Shown: positions 26,378-35,963 of the stretch, piece after piece
Position numbering within the stretch: the stretch's first letter is position 1
Layout: each line of letters starts with the position of its first letter
NCBI GenBank assembly: GCA_963758635.1
Contig: CAVWWD010000005.1
Coordinates: 288,001-352,000 of the forward strand
DNA: 64,000 bases
Origin: an uncultured Candidatus Rokubacteria bacterium
GTDB lineage: Bacteria; Methylomirabilota; Methylomirabilia; Rokubacteriales; CSP1-6
Direction: 5' to 3'
The notes under the pieces: model-generated
The model's database searches: none
Seen by the model: only the letters and a program-made list of their open reading frames with translations
Told to the model about the DNA's origin: nothing
Position numbers and translations under genes: made by a program

Positions 26378-27301
26378 TCAGGCGCCGGGCGCGACCTCTT
26401 CGAGGAAGGCGCGCAGGGGCATGAGGAGGCCGGCGGGGTTGTCCCCCTGCACCGTGTGCCCGGCGCCCTCGACGCGGACCCAGCGGCCGTGACGGAGCCG
26501 GCCGGCGAGGCGCTCGGCGTCCTCGTCGTGGAACACGTCGCTCTCCGCTCCGCGCACCACCAGCGTGGGGCACTCGATGGTGTCCACCGCTGACCACAGG
26601 AGGTCGCGACGGCGGGCCTGGGCATCCGGATCGACCTTGCCGCGATGCCGCTGGTCGTACTTCCACATCCACCGCCCGTCCGGCATTCGCCTCAGGTTGT
26701 GGAGCAAGCTTCGGCGGAGCAACTCGCGGTCGCGTCGCGGGTTGAAGGCGAGCGCTCGCTCGATGAACTCGTCCACGGAGGCGAGCGGCGCGCCCTCCGA
26801 GGTGAACGCGGCGATCTTCCGAACCCCGGCGGTGCGGACCTCCGGGCCGACGTCCACCACGACGAGGCCGGCGATGCGCCGGCTGTGCCGGCCCGCCCAC
26901 GCCATCGCGTTCACGCCGCCCAGCGACATGCCGACGAGGACGAAGCGTTCGAGCCCGATGGCGTCGACGAACGCCTCGAGGTCGCTCACCTGACTCTCGG
27001 TCGTGTAGTCCATCTCGGGCGACCACTCGCTCTCCCCGTGACCGCGCTGGTCGAGGGCCATGCAGTGCCGCTCGAGCTTGAGGCTCGCGCACACCAGGTC
27101 CCACGTGTGAGCGTTCAACCCGCCGCCGTGGAGGAACAGCACGGGGGGCCGGCCCCGCGTGCCCCAGTCGAGGTAGTGGAAGCGCATACGCCGCAGCACG
27201 ACATCGTGCTCGTCGGGCAGCACGAGGTCGGGCAGGCGGAGGCCCGCGGTGGCCGCCGACCGCTCGAGGTGCAGACGGAACTCTTCGGGGGGGAGGCTCA
27301 T
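26378..27301 (-). CDS. Alpha/beta hydrolase
   Basis: LHGGG, DQRGHGES, GMSLGG nucleophile elbow, GAGHTV. Confidence 0.9.
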   Translation of the reverse strand: MSLPPEEFRLHLERSAATAGLRLPDLVLPDEHDVVLRRMRFHYLDWGTRGRPPVLFLHGGGLNAHTWDLVCASLKLERHCMALDQRGHGESEWSPEMDYTTESQVSDLEAFVDAIGLERFVLVGMSLGGVNAMAWAGRHSRRIAGLVVVDVGPEVRTAGVRKIAAFTSEGAPLASVDEFIERALAFNPRRDRELLRRSLLHNLRRMPDGRWMWKYDQRHRGKVDPDAQARRRDLLWSAVDTIECPTLVVRGAESDVFHDEDAERLAGRLRHGRWVRVEGAGHTVQGDNPAGLLMPLRAFLEEVAPGA

Positions 27302-27329
27302 GCCGGTCGGTCTCCTGTCGCGCGATGCC

Positions 27330-27539
27330 TCACGCGCGCCACAGCGTGAGCACGAGGATGGCCAGCCCGAGCAGGGCGGGCGCCCACAGCGACCAGCGCA
27401 GGGCGCGGCGCGTCTTCACGAGCAGCCGCGGCTCCGGTCGCCCCGGACGCGGCGGGTTCAGAAAGGCGATCACCTTGGTCAGGACGAACAGCACCAGCGA
27501 GGTCAGCACGAAGAACGCCAGAGCCCACTTGAAGATCAC
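27330..27539 (-). CDS. Small two-TM membrane protein
   Basis: 69 aa with two hydrophobic segments. Confidence 0.55.
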   Translation of the reverse strand: MIFKWALAFFVLTSLVLFVLTKVIAFLNPPRPGRPEPRLLVKTRRALRWSLWAPALLGLAILVLTLWRA

Positions 27540-27633
27540 GCGGCGGCCGCGAGCGACGGGGCGCTTCCCGCCGCGGGCGGCGTGTGGACCAGCCGGAGCG
27601 CGATGTGACGGCGCATGATCGGGTCGCGGGCCG

Positions 27634-29664
27634 TCAGGTCCCGCGCACCTCGAGGTCGACGCGGCGCAGGGCCTTGATGCGGTCGCGCAGCTCGGCCGCC
27701 CGCTCGAAGTCGAGCCGCTTCGCCGACTCCTTCATCGCCGCCTCGAGCGAGGCGATCTCCGCGGCGAGGGCGGCCGGGCTCTCGAACTCTCGCGCGGCGG
27801 CCTTCGGGATCTCCACCGTGTAGTAGTCGCGCTCCGGCACCGTCTCCAGCAGCTCGCGGATCGACTTCTTGATCGACTCCGGCGTGATGCCGTGGGCGGT
27901 GTTGTACTCGCCCTGCGCGCGCCGCCGCCGCTCCGTCTCCGCGATGGCCTCGCGCATGGAGCCCGTCGTCCGGTCGCCGTACATGAGCACCTCGCCCTTG
28001 ACGTGGCGGGCCGCGCGACCCGCGGTCTGGATCAGCGACGTTGCCGAGCGCAGGTAGCCTTCCTTGTCCGCGTCGAGGATGGCGACGAGCGAGACCTCGG
28101 GGAGGTCGAGCCCCTCGCGGAGCAGGTTGATCCCGATGAGGGCGTCGAACTTCCCGAGCCGGAGGTCGCGGATCACGGCCACGCGGTCGAGGGTGTCGAT
28201 GTCGGAGTGCAGGTAGCGGACACGCAGCCCGTTCTGCTGGTAGTACTCGGTGAGGTCCTCGGCCATGCGCTTGGTGAGCGTGGTGATGAGCACCCGCTCG
28301 TCCCGCTCCGCGCGCGCCCGCACCTCGGCCATGAGGTCGTCCACCTGGATGCTCGCCGGCCGCACGACGATCACCGGGTCCATGAGGCCGGTGGGCCGGA
28401 TGATCTGCTCCGCCACCGCGCCGCCCGTGAACGGCAGGCCGGTGGCCTCCCGGACCGCGCCGGTCCGCCCGAGCTCGTAGGGACCGGGCGTGGCGGAGAC
28501 GTACAGGCACTGCCCCACGACGGCCTCGAACTCGTCGAAGGTGAGCGGCCGGTTGTCGAAGGCGGACGGGAGCCGGAAGCCATACTCGACCAGCGCCTCC
28601 TTGCGCGAGCGGTCGCCCTCGTACATGCCCCGGATCTGCGGCACCGTCACGTGCGACTCGTCGATGATGACGATGACGTCCTTGGGCAGGTAGTCCATCA
28701 GCGTGGCCGGCGGCTGCCCCGGCTTCCGGCCCGAGAGATGCCGCGAGTAGTTCTCGATGCCGTGGCAGTAGCCGATCTCGCGCAGCATCTCCATGTCGAA
28801 CAGCGTGCGCTGCTCGAGCCGCTGGGCCTCGAGGAGGCGCTGGCGCTTCCGGAAGAACGCGAGGCGCTCGCGGAGCTCGTCGGACACCGTCACGTACGCG
28901 CGCTCCTGCTGGGCGGCCGGCGTCACGTAGTGGCTGGCCGGATAGACGCGCGCCCGGTCCACCGTGCCCGTGGTCGTGCCCTTGAGCGGGTCCAGGGTCA
29001 GGAGCCGCTCGACGGTGTCGCCCCAGAGCTCCACGCGCAGGGCCTCGGACTCGGCGGCGGCGGGGTAGATCTCCACCACGTCGCCCCGCACGCGGAACGT
29101 GCCACGGCGGAAGTCGTAGTCGTTCCGCTCGTACTGGACGGCGACGAGATCGCGCACGATCTCGTCGCGGCTCTTCACCTGCCCCTCCTCGAGCGCGACG
29201 TGCAGCCCGCGGTAGGTCTCCGGCTCGCCGATGCCGTAGATGCACGAGACCGAGGCGACGACCACGACGTCGCGCCGCTCGAAGAGCGACGTGGTGGCGG
29301 AGTGGCGCATGCGGTCGATCTCGTCGTTGATCAGCGCGTCCTTCTCGATGTAGGTGTCGGACTGCGGGATGTAGGCCTCGGGCTGGTAGTAGTCGTAGTA
29401 CGAGACGAAATACTCGACGGCGCTCTCCGGGAAGAACGACTTGAACTCGCTGTAGAGCTGGGCGGCCAGCGTCTTGTTGGGCGACATCACGAGCGCGGGC
29501 CGCTGCAGCCGGTTGATCACGTTGGCGAGGGTGAACGTCTTCCCGCTGCCCGTGATGCCGAGCAGGAGCGAGTGGCGCTCGCCGTCGGTGAGCAGGGTCG
29601 ACAGGCGATCGATGGCCCGCGGCTGGTCCCCCGCCGGGGCGAACTCCGAGGCCAGCGTGAACAC
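27634..29664 (-). CDS. uvrB: Excinuclease ABC subunit B
   Basis: [49 protein letters not shown]. Confidence 0.98.
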   Translation of the reverse strand: MFTLASEFAPAGDQPRAIDRLSTLLTDGERHSLLLGITGSGKTFTLANVINRLQRPALVMSPNKTLAAQLYSEFKSFFPESAVEYFVSYYDYYQPEAYIPQSDTYIEKDALINDEIDRMRHSATTSLFERRDVVVVASVSCIYGIGEPETYRGLHVALEEGQVKSRDEIVRDLVAVQYERNDYDFRRGTFRVRGDVVEIYPAAAESEALRVELWGDTVERLLTLDPLKGTTTGTVDRARVYPASHYVTPAAQQERAYVTVSDELRERLAFFRKRQRLLEAQRLEQRTLFDMEMLREIGYCHGIENYSRHLSGRKPGQPPATLMDYLPKDVIVIIDESHVTVPQIRGMYEGDRSRKEALVEYGFRLPSAFDNRPLTFDEFEAVVGQCLYVSATPGPYELGRTGAVREATGLPFTGGAVAEQIIRPTGLMDPVIVVRPASIQVDDLMAEVRARAERDERVLITTLTKRMAEDLTEYYQQNGLRVRYLHSDIDTLDRVAVIRDLRLGKFDALIGINLLREGLDLPEVSLVAILDADKEGYLRSATSLIQTAGRAARHVKGEVLMYGDRTTGSMREAIAETERRRRAQGEYNTAHGITPESIKKSIRELLETVPERDYYTVEIPKAAAREFESPAALAAEIASLEAAMKESAKRLDFERAAELRDRIKALRRVDLEVRGT

Positions 29665-29729
29665 CCGTCAGTCCACGGCACTCGCGGACGCGGGGCGGTC
29701 CGCGGAGCCCGTTCGCGAATGGTCCACGT

Positions 29730-30260
29730 TCACAGCCCGGAGGGCACGGCCACGAGATACTTCCGCCACGAGTCCAGGAAGGACGTGGCGTGAGGATGCC
29801 GGAGCAGGTGCACGGAGAACAGGAACTGGGGGTGCACGGGCTCGCGGATGAGCCGGAGCCGCGCCTCGTCGAGCGTGCGGTTGCCCTTGAAGAGGTTGCA
29901 GCGCAGGCACGCCGCGACCACGTTGGTCCAGGTCGTCTGGCCGCCCCGCGAGCGCGGCACGACGTGGTCCACGGTGAGCTTGTCGCCGCGCCGGCTGCAG
30001 TACTGGCAGATGTACCCGTCGCGGCGGAGGATGTTCTTCTTGTTGAAGGCCACGCGCTCCAGGAACGGCTTGCGGATGTACACGGCGAGCCGGATGACCG
30101 CGGGCAGCGGGAAGGACCGCGAGGGGGACCGGACGATCCGGGGGGAGGCCTCGACGCTCTCCGCCTTACCGCTCAGCAGGAGGGTGATCGCCCGTTTCGC
30201 GTTCGTGAAGTGCAGCGGCTCGTAGGTGTAATTCAGCACCAGGACCGCTAGGTCATCCAT
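29730..30260 (-). CDS. HNH endonuclease (McrA/COG1403-like)
   Basis: VLVLNYTYEPL N-terminus; RRDGYICQYC...TVDHVVPRSRGG..WTNVVAACLRCNLFKG. Confidence 0.93.
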   Translation of the reverse strand: MDDLAVLVLNYTYEPLHFTNAKRAITLLLSGKAESVEASPRIVRSPSRSFPLPAVIRLAVYIRKPFLERVAFNKKNILRRDGYICQYCSRRGDKLTVDHVVPRSRGGQTTWTNVVAACLRCNLFKGNRTLDEARLRLIREPVHPQFLFSVHLLRHPHATSFLDSWRKYLVAVPSGL

Positions 30261-30271
30261 AGCCTTTCGGA

Positions 30272-30300
30272 AGCATAATCAGGGGCCTGGATGCTGTCAA
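30272..30300 (-). promoter_or_regulatory. Sigma70-type promoter of the HNH gene
   Basis: Minus strand TTGACA-N17-TATGCT, ending 11 nt before ATG 30260. Confidence 0.7.
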
Positions 30301-30662
30301 CACCATGGGGCGGGCGCCCGGGCTTCGCCCGCCCGCCCCTGCGGCCGGACTCACGGTGGCACCCGGGCTTCGCCCGCCCGCCCCTGCGGCCGGACTCACG
30401 GTGGCACCCGGGCTTCGCCCGCCCGCCCCTGCGGCCGGACTCACGGTGGCACCCGGGCTTCGCCCGCCCCCTGCGGCCGGACTCACGGTGGCACCCGGGC
30501 TTCGCCCGCCCGCCCCTGCGGCCGGACTCACGGTGGCACCCGGGCTCGCGCGCGGTCCGCCCGCCCCCGGCGGCCGGACTCACGGCGGCACCCGGGCTTC
30601 GCCCGGCCGCCCGCATGCGGCCGGACGCACGGTGGCACCCGGGCTTCGCCCGCCCCATGGTG
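30301..30662. repeat. Tandem array of 7 full plus 1 partial ~45-bp hairpin units, enclosed by a perfect 16-bp inverted repeat
   Basis: Unit cccgggcttcgcccgcccgcccctgcggccggactcacggtggca starts at 30317, 30362, 30407, 30452, 30494, 30539, 30591 and 30638. IR caccatggggcgggcg (30301-30316) / cgcccgccccatggtg (30647-30662). Confidence 0.93.
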
Positions 30663-30826
30663 AAATCAGGCGAGGGCGCGCCAGAGGAGGTGCGCCGAGC
30701 CCGCGAGCACCACGAAGGAACACGCCGCCGCCACCGGGTGCACGACGGCGAGCCCGGCGAGGAAGCAGAGCAGGATGAAGCACGAGATGTAGTCAGGGCC
30801 GTCACCGATATGACGGCGCCGCGGGG

Positions 30827-31834
30827 TCAGAGCAGGAAGCCGCCGGGGAACGGGTCGGCCGGGCCGAGGAGCAGCGTCGACCGGGCGATCGGCCACGCGC
30901 GGCCCGTGATCTCGGGAACCACGGCGGGCGTCCCGCCCACGCTCGTGAGCGCGACGATGCGGGCCGTGAACAGCGTGCCGATGATCGACTCGTGCCCGAA
31001 CGCCTCGCCGACCGCGAGCCGCCCCCGCGCGTGCAGGTTGGCGAGCCGGGCCGACGTGCCGGTGCCGCACGGCGAGCGGTCGAGCCCGGCCGGAGCGACC
31101 ACCACCGCGTTCCGCAGCGAGGCGTCCGGCCGGCGGGCCGGCTCGTAGAACTGGATGTACAGGAGGCCGCGGGCATCGGGCATGGCGGGATGGACCAGCG
31201 GCACCTCGGCCTCGATGCGCCGGCGCACCGCCTCGCCGGCCGCGACGATGCGCGCCGCGTCCTTCGGCTCCAGCGCGAGGCCGACATCGCGTGCCGCCAC
31301 CATCGCGTAGAAGTGGCCGCCGTAGGCGAGGTCGAACGACACCCGGCCCAGCCCGGGCACCTCGATGGCGGCGTCGAGCAGCACCGAGAAGGACGGGACG
31401 TTCCGGATCGTCGCCGACACCGGCCGGCCGGCTCGCGTCGCGACCTCGCACTCCACGAGGCCCGCCGGCGTCTCGAGGACGACCGGAGTGCTGGGCTCCC
31501 GGAGCGGCACCGCCCCCGTCTCCACCAGCATCGTCGCGATGGCGATGGCCCCGTGCCCGCACATGTGCACGGGGCCCAGGGGCTCGATGAACAGCACCCC
31601 GCGATGCGCGCGCGGGTCGACCGGCTCGGTGAAGAGCGCGCCGCACATCGCGGCGTGACCGCGGGGCTCGTGGAGCAGGAAGCCGAGGAGGTCGCGCCCG
31701 TGGATGGCCAGGTGGTCGCTCCGCTCCATCAGCGTGGCGCCGGGGATCGGCGGAGCGCCGTCGACCACCAGGCGCATGGGCTCGCCCTCGGTGTGGTAGT
31801 CGATGACGGACAGCGACGCCGGCACGGGGATCAC
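30827..31834 (-). CDS. Proline racemase/hydroxyproline epimerase family
   Basis: DYHTEGEPMR, EPRGH, MCGH and DRSPCGTG (Cys/Cys catalytic pair). Confidence 0.92.
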   Translation of the reverse strand: MIPVPASLSVIDYHTEGEPMRLVVDGAPPIPGATLMERSDHLAIHGRDLLGFLLHEPRGHAAMCGALFTEPVDPRAHRGVLFIEPLGPVHMCGHGAIAIATMLVETGAVPLREPSTPVVLETPAGLVECEVATRAGRPVSATIRNVPSFSVLLDAAIEVPGLGRVSFDLAYGGHFYAMVAARDVGLALEPKDAARIVAAGEAVRRRIEAEVPLVHPAMPDARGLLYIQFYEPARRPDASLRNAVVVAPAGLDRSPCGTGTSARLANLHARGRLAVGEAFGHESIIGTLFTARIVALTSVGGTPAVVPEITGRAWPIARSTLLLGPADPFPGGFLL

Positions 31835-31838
31835 GGCG

Positions 31839-32103
31839 CTACCGGGCGGGGCGAAGGCGGAGCGCGTCCTCGAGCACGGCGAGCACCCGGTCGAGGCGGA
31901 ACGGCTTCACGAGGGTGAGGTCCACCCCGCTCTCGCGCAGCCGCGCGGGATCGAGGAGGTGGCCCCAGCCCGAGATCAGGACCACCGGCGTGCCGGGACG
32001 CAGCCGCTTGACCGCCTGGCCACCTCGAGGCCCGAGCGCTCAGGGAGCGAGAGGTCGGTGACGACGACGTCGAACGTCCCGCGCCGGAACCGCGCGAGCC
32101 CGG
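31839..32103 (-). pseudogene. N-terminally truncated response-regulator receiver domain remnant
   Basis: Manual translation GLARFRRGTFDVVVTDLSLPERSGLEVA/AVKRLRPGTPVVLISGWG...LVKPFRLDRV*; one frameshift; no beta1/DD segment or start codon. Confidence 0.7.
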
Positions 32104-32165
32104 ACCCCCAGGGACGATCGGTGGGACCGGGAGTCTGAAATCGTAATGTTCTCCGACTGCTGCGC

Positions 32166-32576
32166 CTACTTCTTCAATGATCGGATGAAGTGGATGACAG
32201 ACCAGCGGTCGTTCTCCGGCAGGTGCTTCCACGGAGGCATCGCGCCGCGGCCGTTCGAGATCTTCCAGAACAGCTCGCCGTCGGACTCGTCCTGCACAGC
32301 CTTGGACGTCCAGTTGGCAGGCTTCGGGTTGAGGGCGACCGCCGCGGGCCCGTCGCCCTTGCCGCCCGGGCCGTGGCAGGACACGCAGTTGACCTGCGCC
32401 ACGTTCTTGCCGGCCTCGACCGCTTTCGCGCCGCCGGCGACCGGATTCTTCTTGGCCTTGTCTGCGGCGGGAGCGACCCAGGGACCAGTCGGGGCCTGGG
32501 CCCATGCCACTGCCGCCACGAGAAGCAGCGCGATCCCGGCGACGGCGACCGCGATGCCGCGTGGTGAGGTGCTCAT
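32166..32576 (-). CDS. Monoheme c-type cytochrome
   Basis: Signal peptide, CVSCHG, SDGELFWKISNGRGAMP. Confidence 0.92.
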   Translation of the reverse strand: MSTSPRGIAVAVAGIALLLVAAVAWAQAPTGPWVAPAADKAKKNPVAGGAKAVEAGKNVAQVNCVSCHGPGGKGDGPAAVALNPKPANWTSKAVQDESDGELFWKISNGRGAMPPWKHLPENDRWSVIHFIRSLKK

Positions 32577-32752
32577 GGAATCGTCCTCCTGATCTCGAGC
32601 ATCGTGACAGCCTTCACAACGGCGCAGAGTAGACCCGCGCCGTTCCGGGGGTCAAGCGCTTTCACGACCGCCGTCCGCGCGCACGCTCGCCGGGGATCAC
32701 GAGCGGGTGGCGACGATCGACACACGGAACGCTGTGCTATCGTGCACCTCGC

Positions 32753-34084
32753 ATGACCACCGAGCGTGTCCACGCCGTCGCCGTCATCGGGGCCGGGCCC
32801 GCCGGTCTCTTCGCCACGCGCGCCCTCGCCGCGGCCGGCTGCCGCGTCCTGCTCCTCAACCGCGACATCAAGCCCGGCGGCCTCGCCGAGTACGGGATCT
32901 TTCTCGACAAGTACAAGATGAAGGGCGGCCTGCGGAAGCAGTTCCAGAAGATCCTCAGCGACCCGCGCGTCCGATACCTCGGACACGTGACGCTCGGCGC
33001 GCGCGGCGCGCTCACCCTCGAGGACCTGCGCGGCGCGGGGTTCGACGCGCTGGTCTTCGCCATCGGCGCGCAGGGCACGAAGTACCTGGGCGTGGAGGGC
33101 GAGCGGCTGCCCGGCGTGTACCACGCCAAGGACCTCGTGTACCACTACAACCGGCTGCCGCCGTTCGCCGAGCAATCGTTCCCGCTCGGACGCCGGGTCG
33201 CCGTGGTCGGCGTCGGCAACGTGATGGTCGACATCGCCAACTACTGCATCCACTACCGCGACACCGACGAGGTCATCGCGGTGGCCCGCCGGGGGCCGTT
33301 CGAGAAGGCCTACGACGACCGCGAGTTCGAGGACATCGAGGACGGCTTCGACCGCCAGGCCTACCGCGAGGAGATCGAGCGCATCCGGCCTCGTCTCACC
33401 GCGGCCGGCCAGGACGCGGACGAGCTGCTGCGCGACCTCGCGGCGCGGCCCGAGCCTCACCCGCCCGCGCGCACGCGCCTGCGCTTCCGCTTCCTCGCCT
33501 CTCCGCGTCGCGTGATCGCCGAGGGCGGCCGCGTCGTCGCGCTCGAGGTCGAGGAGACGAGGCTCGAGCGGCGCGGCGAGCGGATCAGCGCGGCCGGCAC
33601 CGGAGAGGTGACGCGCATCCCGTGCGACTCGGTGGTGTTCGCGGTCGGCGACCGCGTCGACGAGGACACGGGCCTGCCGTACAAGGACGGCATGTACGTG
33701 ACCGTGCCCGGCGCCGAGACAAACCCCGCCGCGGCCTACCAGGTCCGGGACGCGGCCACGGGCGCGGCCATGCCCGGTGTCTTCGTGGTGGGCTGGGCGC
33801 GCCGGGCCAGCGACGGCGTGGTGGGGCGGGCGCGGCTCGACGCGGAGACGGGGATCAAGCACGTCGCGGCCTACCTGGCCCAGCGCGAGACCCGCCCCGC
33901 GGCGCAGGCCGAGGCGGTCGAGGCGCGGCTCGTCGATCTGCTCCAGGCGCGGGGCGCTCGGCCCGTGACCTTTGCGGAGGTCGCCAAGATCGAGGACGCC
34001 GAGCGGGCCCGGGCCGCCGCGGCCAAGGTCGAGGAGCTGAAGTTCGAGAGCGACCGCGAGATGCTCGAGGTGATCAGCGGCTAG
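32753..34084 (+). CDS. FAD-dependent oxidoreductase, ferredoxin-NADP+ reductase (FprA/adrenodoxin reductase)-like
   Basis: IGAGPAG, GGLAEYGI, VGVGNV, VFVVGWARR. Confidence 0.8.
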   Translation: MTTERVHAVAVIGAGPAGLFATRALAAAGCRVLLLNRDIKPGGLAEYGIFLDKYKMKGGLRKQFQKILSDPRVRYLGHVTLGARGALTLEDLRGAGFDALVFAIGAQGTKYLGVEGERLPGVYHAKDLVYHYNRLPPFAEQSFPLGRRVAVVGVGNVMVDIANYCIHYRDTDEVIAVARRGPFEKAYDDREFEDIEDGFDRQAYREEIERIRPRLTAAGQDADELLRDLAARPEPHPPARTRLRFRFLASPRRVIAEGGRVVALEVEETRLERRGERISAAGTGEVTRIPCDSVVFAVGDRVDEDTGLPYKDGMYVTVPGAETNPAAAYQVRDAATGAAMPGVFVVGWARRASDGVVGRARLDAETGIKHVAAYLAQRETRPAAQAEAVEARLVDLLQARGARPVTFAEVAKIEDAERARAAAAKVEELKFESDREMLEVISG

Positions 34085-35649
34085 TGACCCTCCTTATCGT
34101 CGGCGCCCGGTCTCCCCGGGCGATCCCACGTCCCCACGAGCAGGACCAGCGCCGCCGCGATCCCGTATCCCGCGGCGATCGTGAACGGCAGCCGGCCCGG
34201 GGCCGTCCACGGCCAGAACACCGCGCCGGTGGCGAGGGGCGAGTGGATGACGCCGAAGAGCGTCGCGAGGCTCGCCATCGCCAGCGTCGCCGCCGCGCGC
34301 TCGAGCTTCCGCTCGATGATCCACACGACGGCCGTGGCCCAGAGGAGCGCGGTGACCACGAAGCCGTTGCCGAGGACGAGGAGCGCGTTCCACGTGGCGC
34401 GCCCCTCGCCGGCGAGATCCGCGGCGGTCTTGCCGACCCCGCCAAGGAGCAGGTTCCCCTCGATGAGCACGAGCGCGGCCACCGCGGGCATGAACGCCAC
34501 CGCCACCGCCGCGGCGTGACGCGGGGGCGAGGCCAGGAACGCCTGGGCGGTGATCTCGAGCCCGATGAAGATCAGGATCGGGGCCACCGCCGCCTCGGGG
34601 AGCAGGCTCACGAGGAGCGAGACGAACCCGAGCGCGGCGCCCACGCCGATCACCATGGCCGTGGCGAGGGTATAGCCGGCGCGCGCGCCCATCGCCTTGT
34701 ACGCGGGATGCCCGATGTACGGCGTGTTCTGGATGACCCCGCCACACGTGCCCGCCACGACCGTGGCCACCGCCTCGGTGAGCAGGATGTCGCGCGCGCG
34801 GTACTCGTCGCCGGACGCGATCGCCGACTCGGTGGTGTCGATGCCGCCGATGACGGTGGCGAGCGCGAACGGCAGCGCCAGCGGCAGGTAGGGCAGCATG
34901 GCGCTGGCGGTGTCCATCCACGCCAGCGTGGGCCACGGGATCGCCACGTGCAGCCCGGACGCGGCGGCCGCCGTCACATGCCCCTCGCCCGTGAAGAGCC
35001 ACCGGCCCCAGAAGATCACCGCCCCGGCGAGGACGGCCACGAGCGCCCCCGGCACCCCCGAGGGCAGGCGCACGCGCCCGATGAGGGAGACGAGCACGAT
35101 CACCAGCGAGACCAGCCCCACCAGCGGGTCCTGGAAGAGCTTGAGCGTGGGGAGGAAGGCGATGAGCAGGATGGCCACGCCGGCGATCGATCCGAGCAGC
35201 GCGGCCCGCGGCACCGCGGTGCGGACCCAGTCACCGGCGGCGGCGAGCACGAGCTTGAGCGCGCCCATGGCCACCGTCACGCCCATCCCGATCTTCCACG
35301 CGAGCACGGGATCGCGGGTCAGCACCATCACCGGGCCGAGCACGCCGAACACCATGGCGAAGAGCGAGGGCGTGTCGATGCCGAAGGGCATCGCGGTGAC
35401 GTCCGCCCGGCCCGTGCGGCGCATGAGCCGGATGGCAAGCGCGGTGTAGATCAGGTCGCCCAGCAGCACGCCGGCCGCGGTGCCCGGCACCATGACGTAG
35501 AGGACGAGGTCGGACGGGAACTTGAAAACGCCGATGAGGAGGCTCGACAGGATGACCAGCTGGGTCAGGTTGTCGAGCGCGAGGCCGAAGAACGCGTTCC
35601 AGTCGCCAGGGGCGTACCAGCGCGGGGCCGCCGCCGCCCCGCGCGTCAC
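34081..35649 (-). CDS. Polytopic permease (nucleobase/NCS2-like)
   Basis: Many TM helices; GDWNAFFGLALDN, TAMPFGIDTP, YIGHPAYKAMGARAGY. Confidence 0.75.
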   Translation of the reverse strand: MTRGAAAAPRWYAPGDWNAFFGLALDNLTQLVILSSLLIGVFKFPSDLVLYVMVPGTAAGVLLGDLIYTALAIRLMRRTGRADVTAMPFGIDTPSLFAMVFGVLGPVMVLTRDPVLAWKIGMGVTVAMGALKLVLAAAGDWVRTAVPRAALLGSIAGVAILLIAFLPTLKLFQDPLVGLVSLVIVLVSLIGRVRLPSGVPGALVAVLAGAVIFWGRWLFTGEGHVTAAAASGLHVAIPWPTLAWMDTASAMLPYLPLALPFALATVIGGIDTTESAIASGDEYRARDILLTEAVATVVAGTCGGVIQNTPYIGHPAYKAMGARAGYTLATAMVIGVGAALGFVSLLVSLLPEAAVAPILIFIGLEITAQAFLASPPRHAAAVAVAFMPAVAALVLIEGNLLLGGVGKTAADLAGEGRATWNALLVLGNGFVVTALLWATAVVWIIERKLERAAATLAMASLATLFGVIHSPLATGAVFWPWTAPGRLPFTIAAGYGIAAALVLLVGTWDRPGRPGADDKEGH

Positions 35650-35963
35650 GCGGTGCGCCGCGCTCCCCGCTCCGCCTGCGCGAAATCACGCGCGAGCGCC
35701 CTCACCCGCGCCGCGAGGGCCTGGCACCACGCCAGGCTGCCGCGCTGCTCCTGCGCCTCGGTGAACGGGATCTCGATCGGGTCCTGGCCGGCGGGCGGCA
35801 GGACGCGGTCACCCAGGCGCAGACGGATGCCGTAGCTCCGGCCCTCACGCGGGCCGTCGGCCTCCACGACCGCCTCCGTCCCGAGCGCCTCACGCCGGGC
35901 GTGCGAGAGGACGAAGTTGGTGAGCCACCGCCGCACTTCCTCGTAGTCACCCCCGGAGAACAT
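35646..35963 (-). CDS. Hypothetical protein
   Basis: 105 aa, coding-like composition, overlaps the permease start. Confidence 0.6.
   Translation of the reverse strand: MFSGGDYEEVRRWLTNFVLSHARREALGTEAVVEADGPREGRSYGIRLRLGDRVLPPAGQDPIEIPFTEAQEQRGSLAWCQALAARVRALARDFAQAERGARRTA

Noticed and set aside
30301..30662. CRISPR or TIGR-like guide array; iterated sigma-54 promoters (TGGCAC)
   Set aside because: There are no variable spacer segments between constant repeats, and TGGCACCCGGGCTTCGC does not give the GG-N10-GC spacing.
34081..34092. ctagtgaccctc, matching the MITE terminus at two overlapping stop codons
   Set aside because: Only 12 bp match with no internal element sequence; chance or an unprovable scar.
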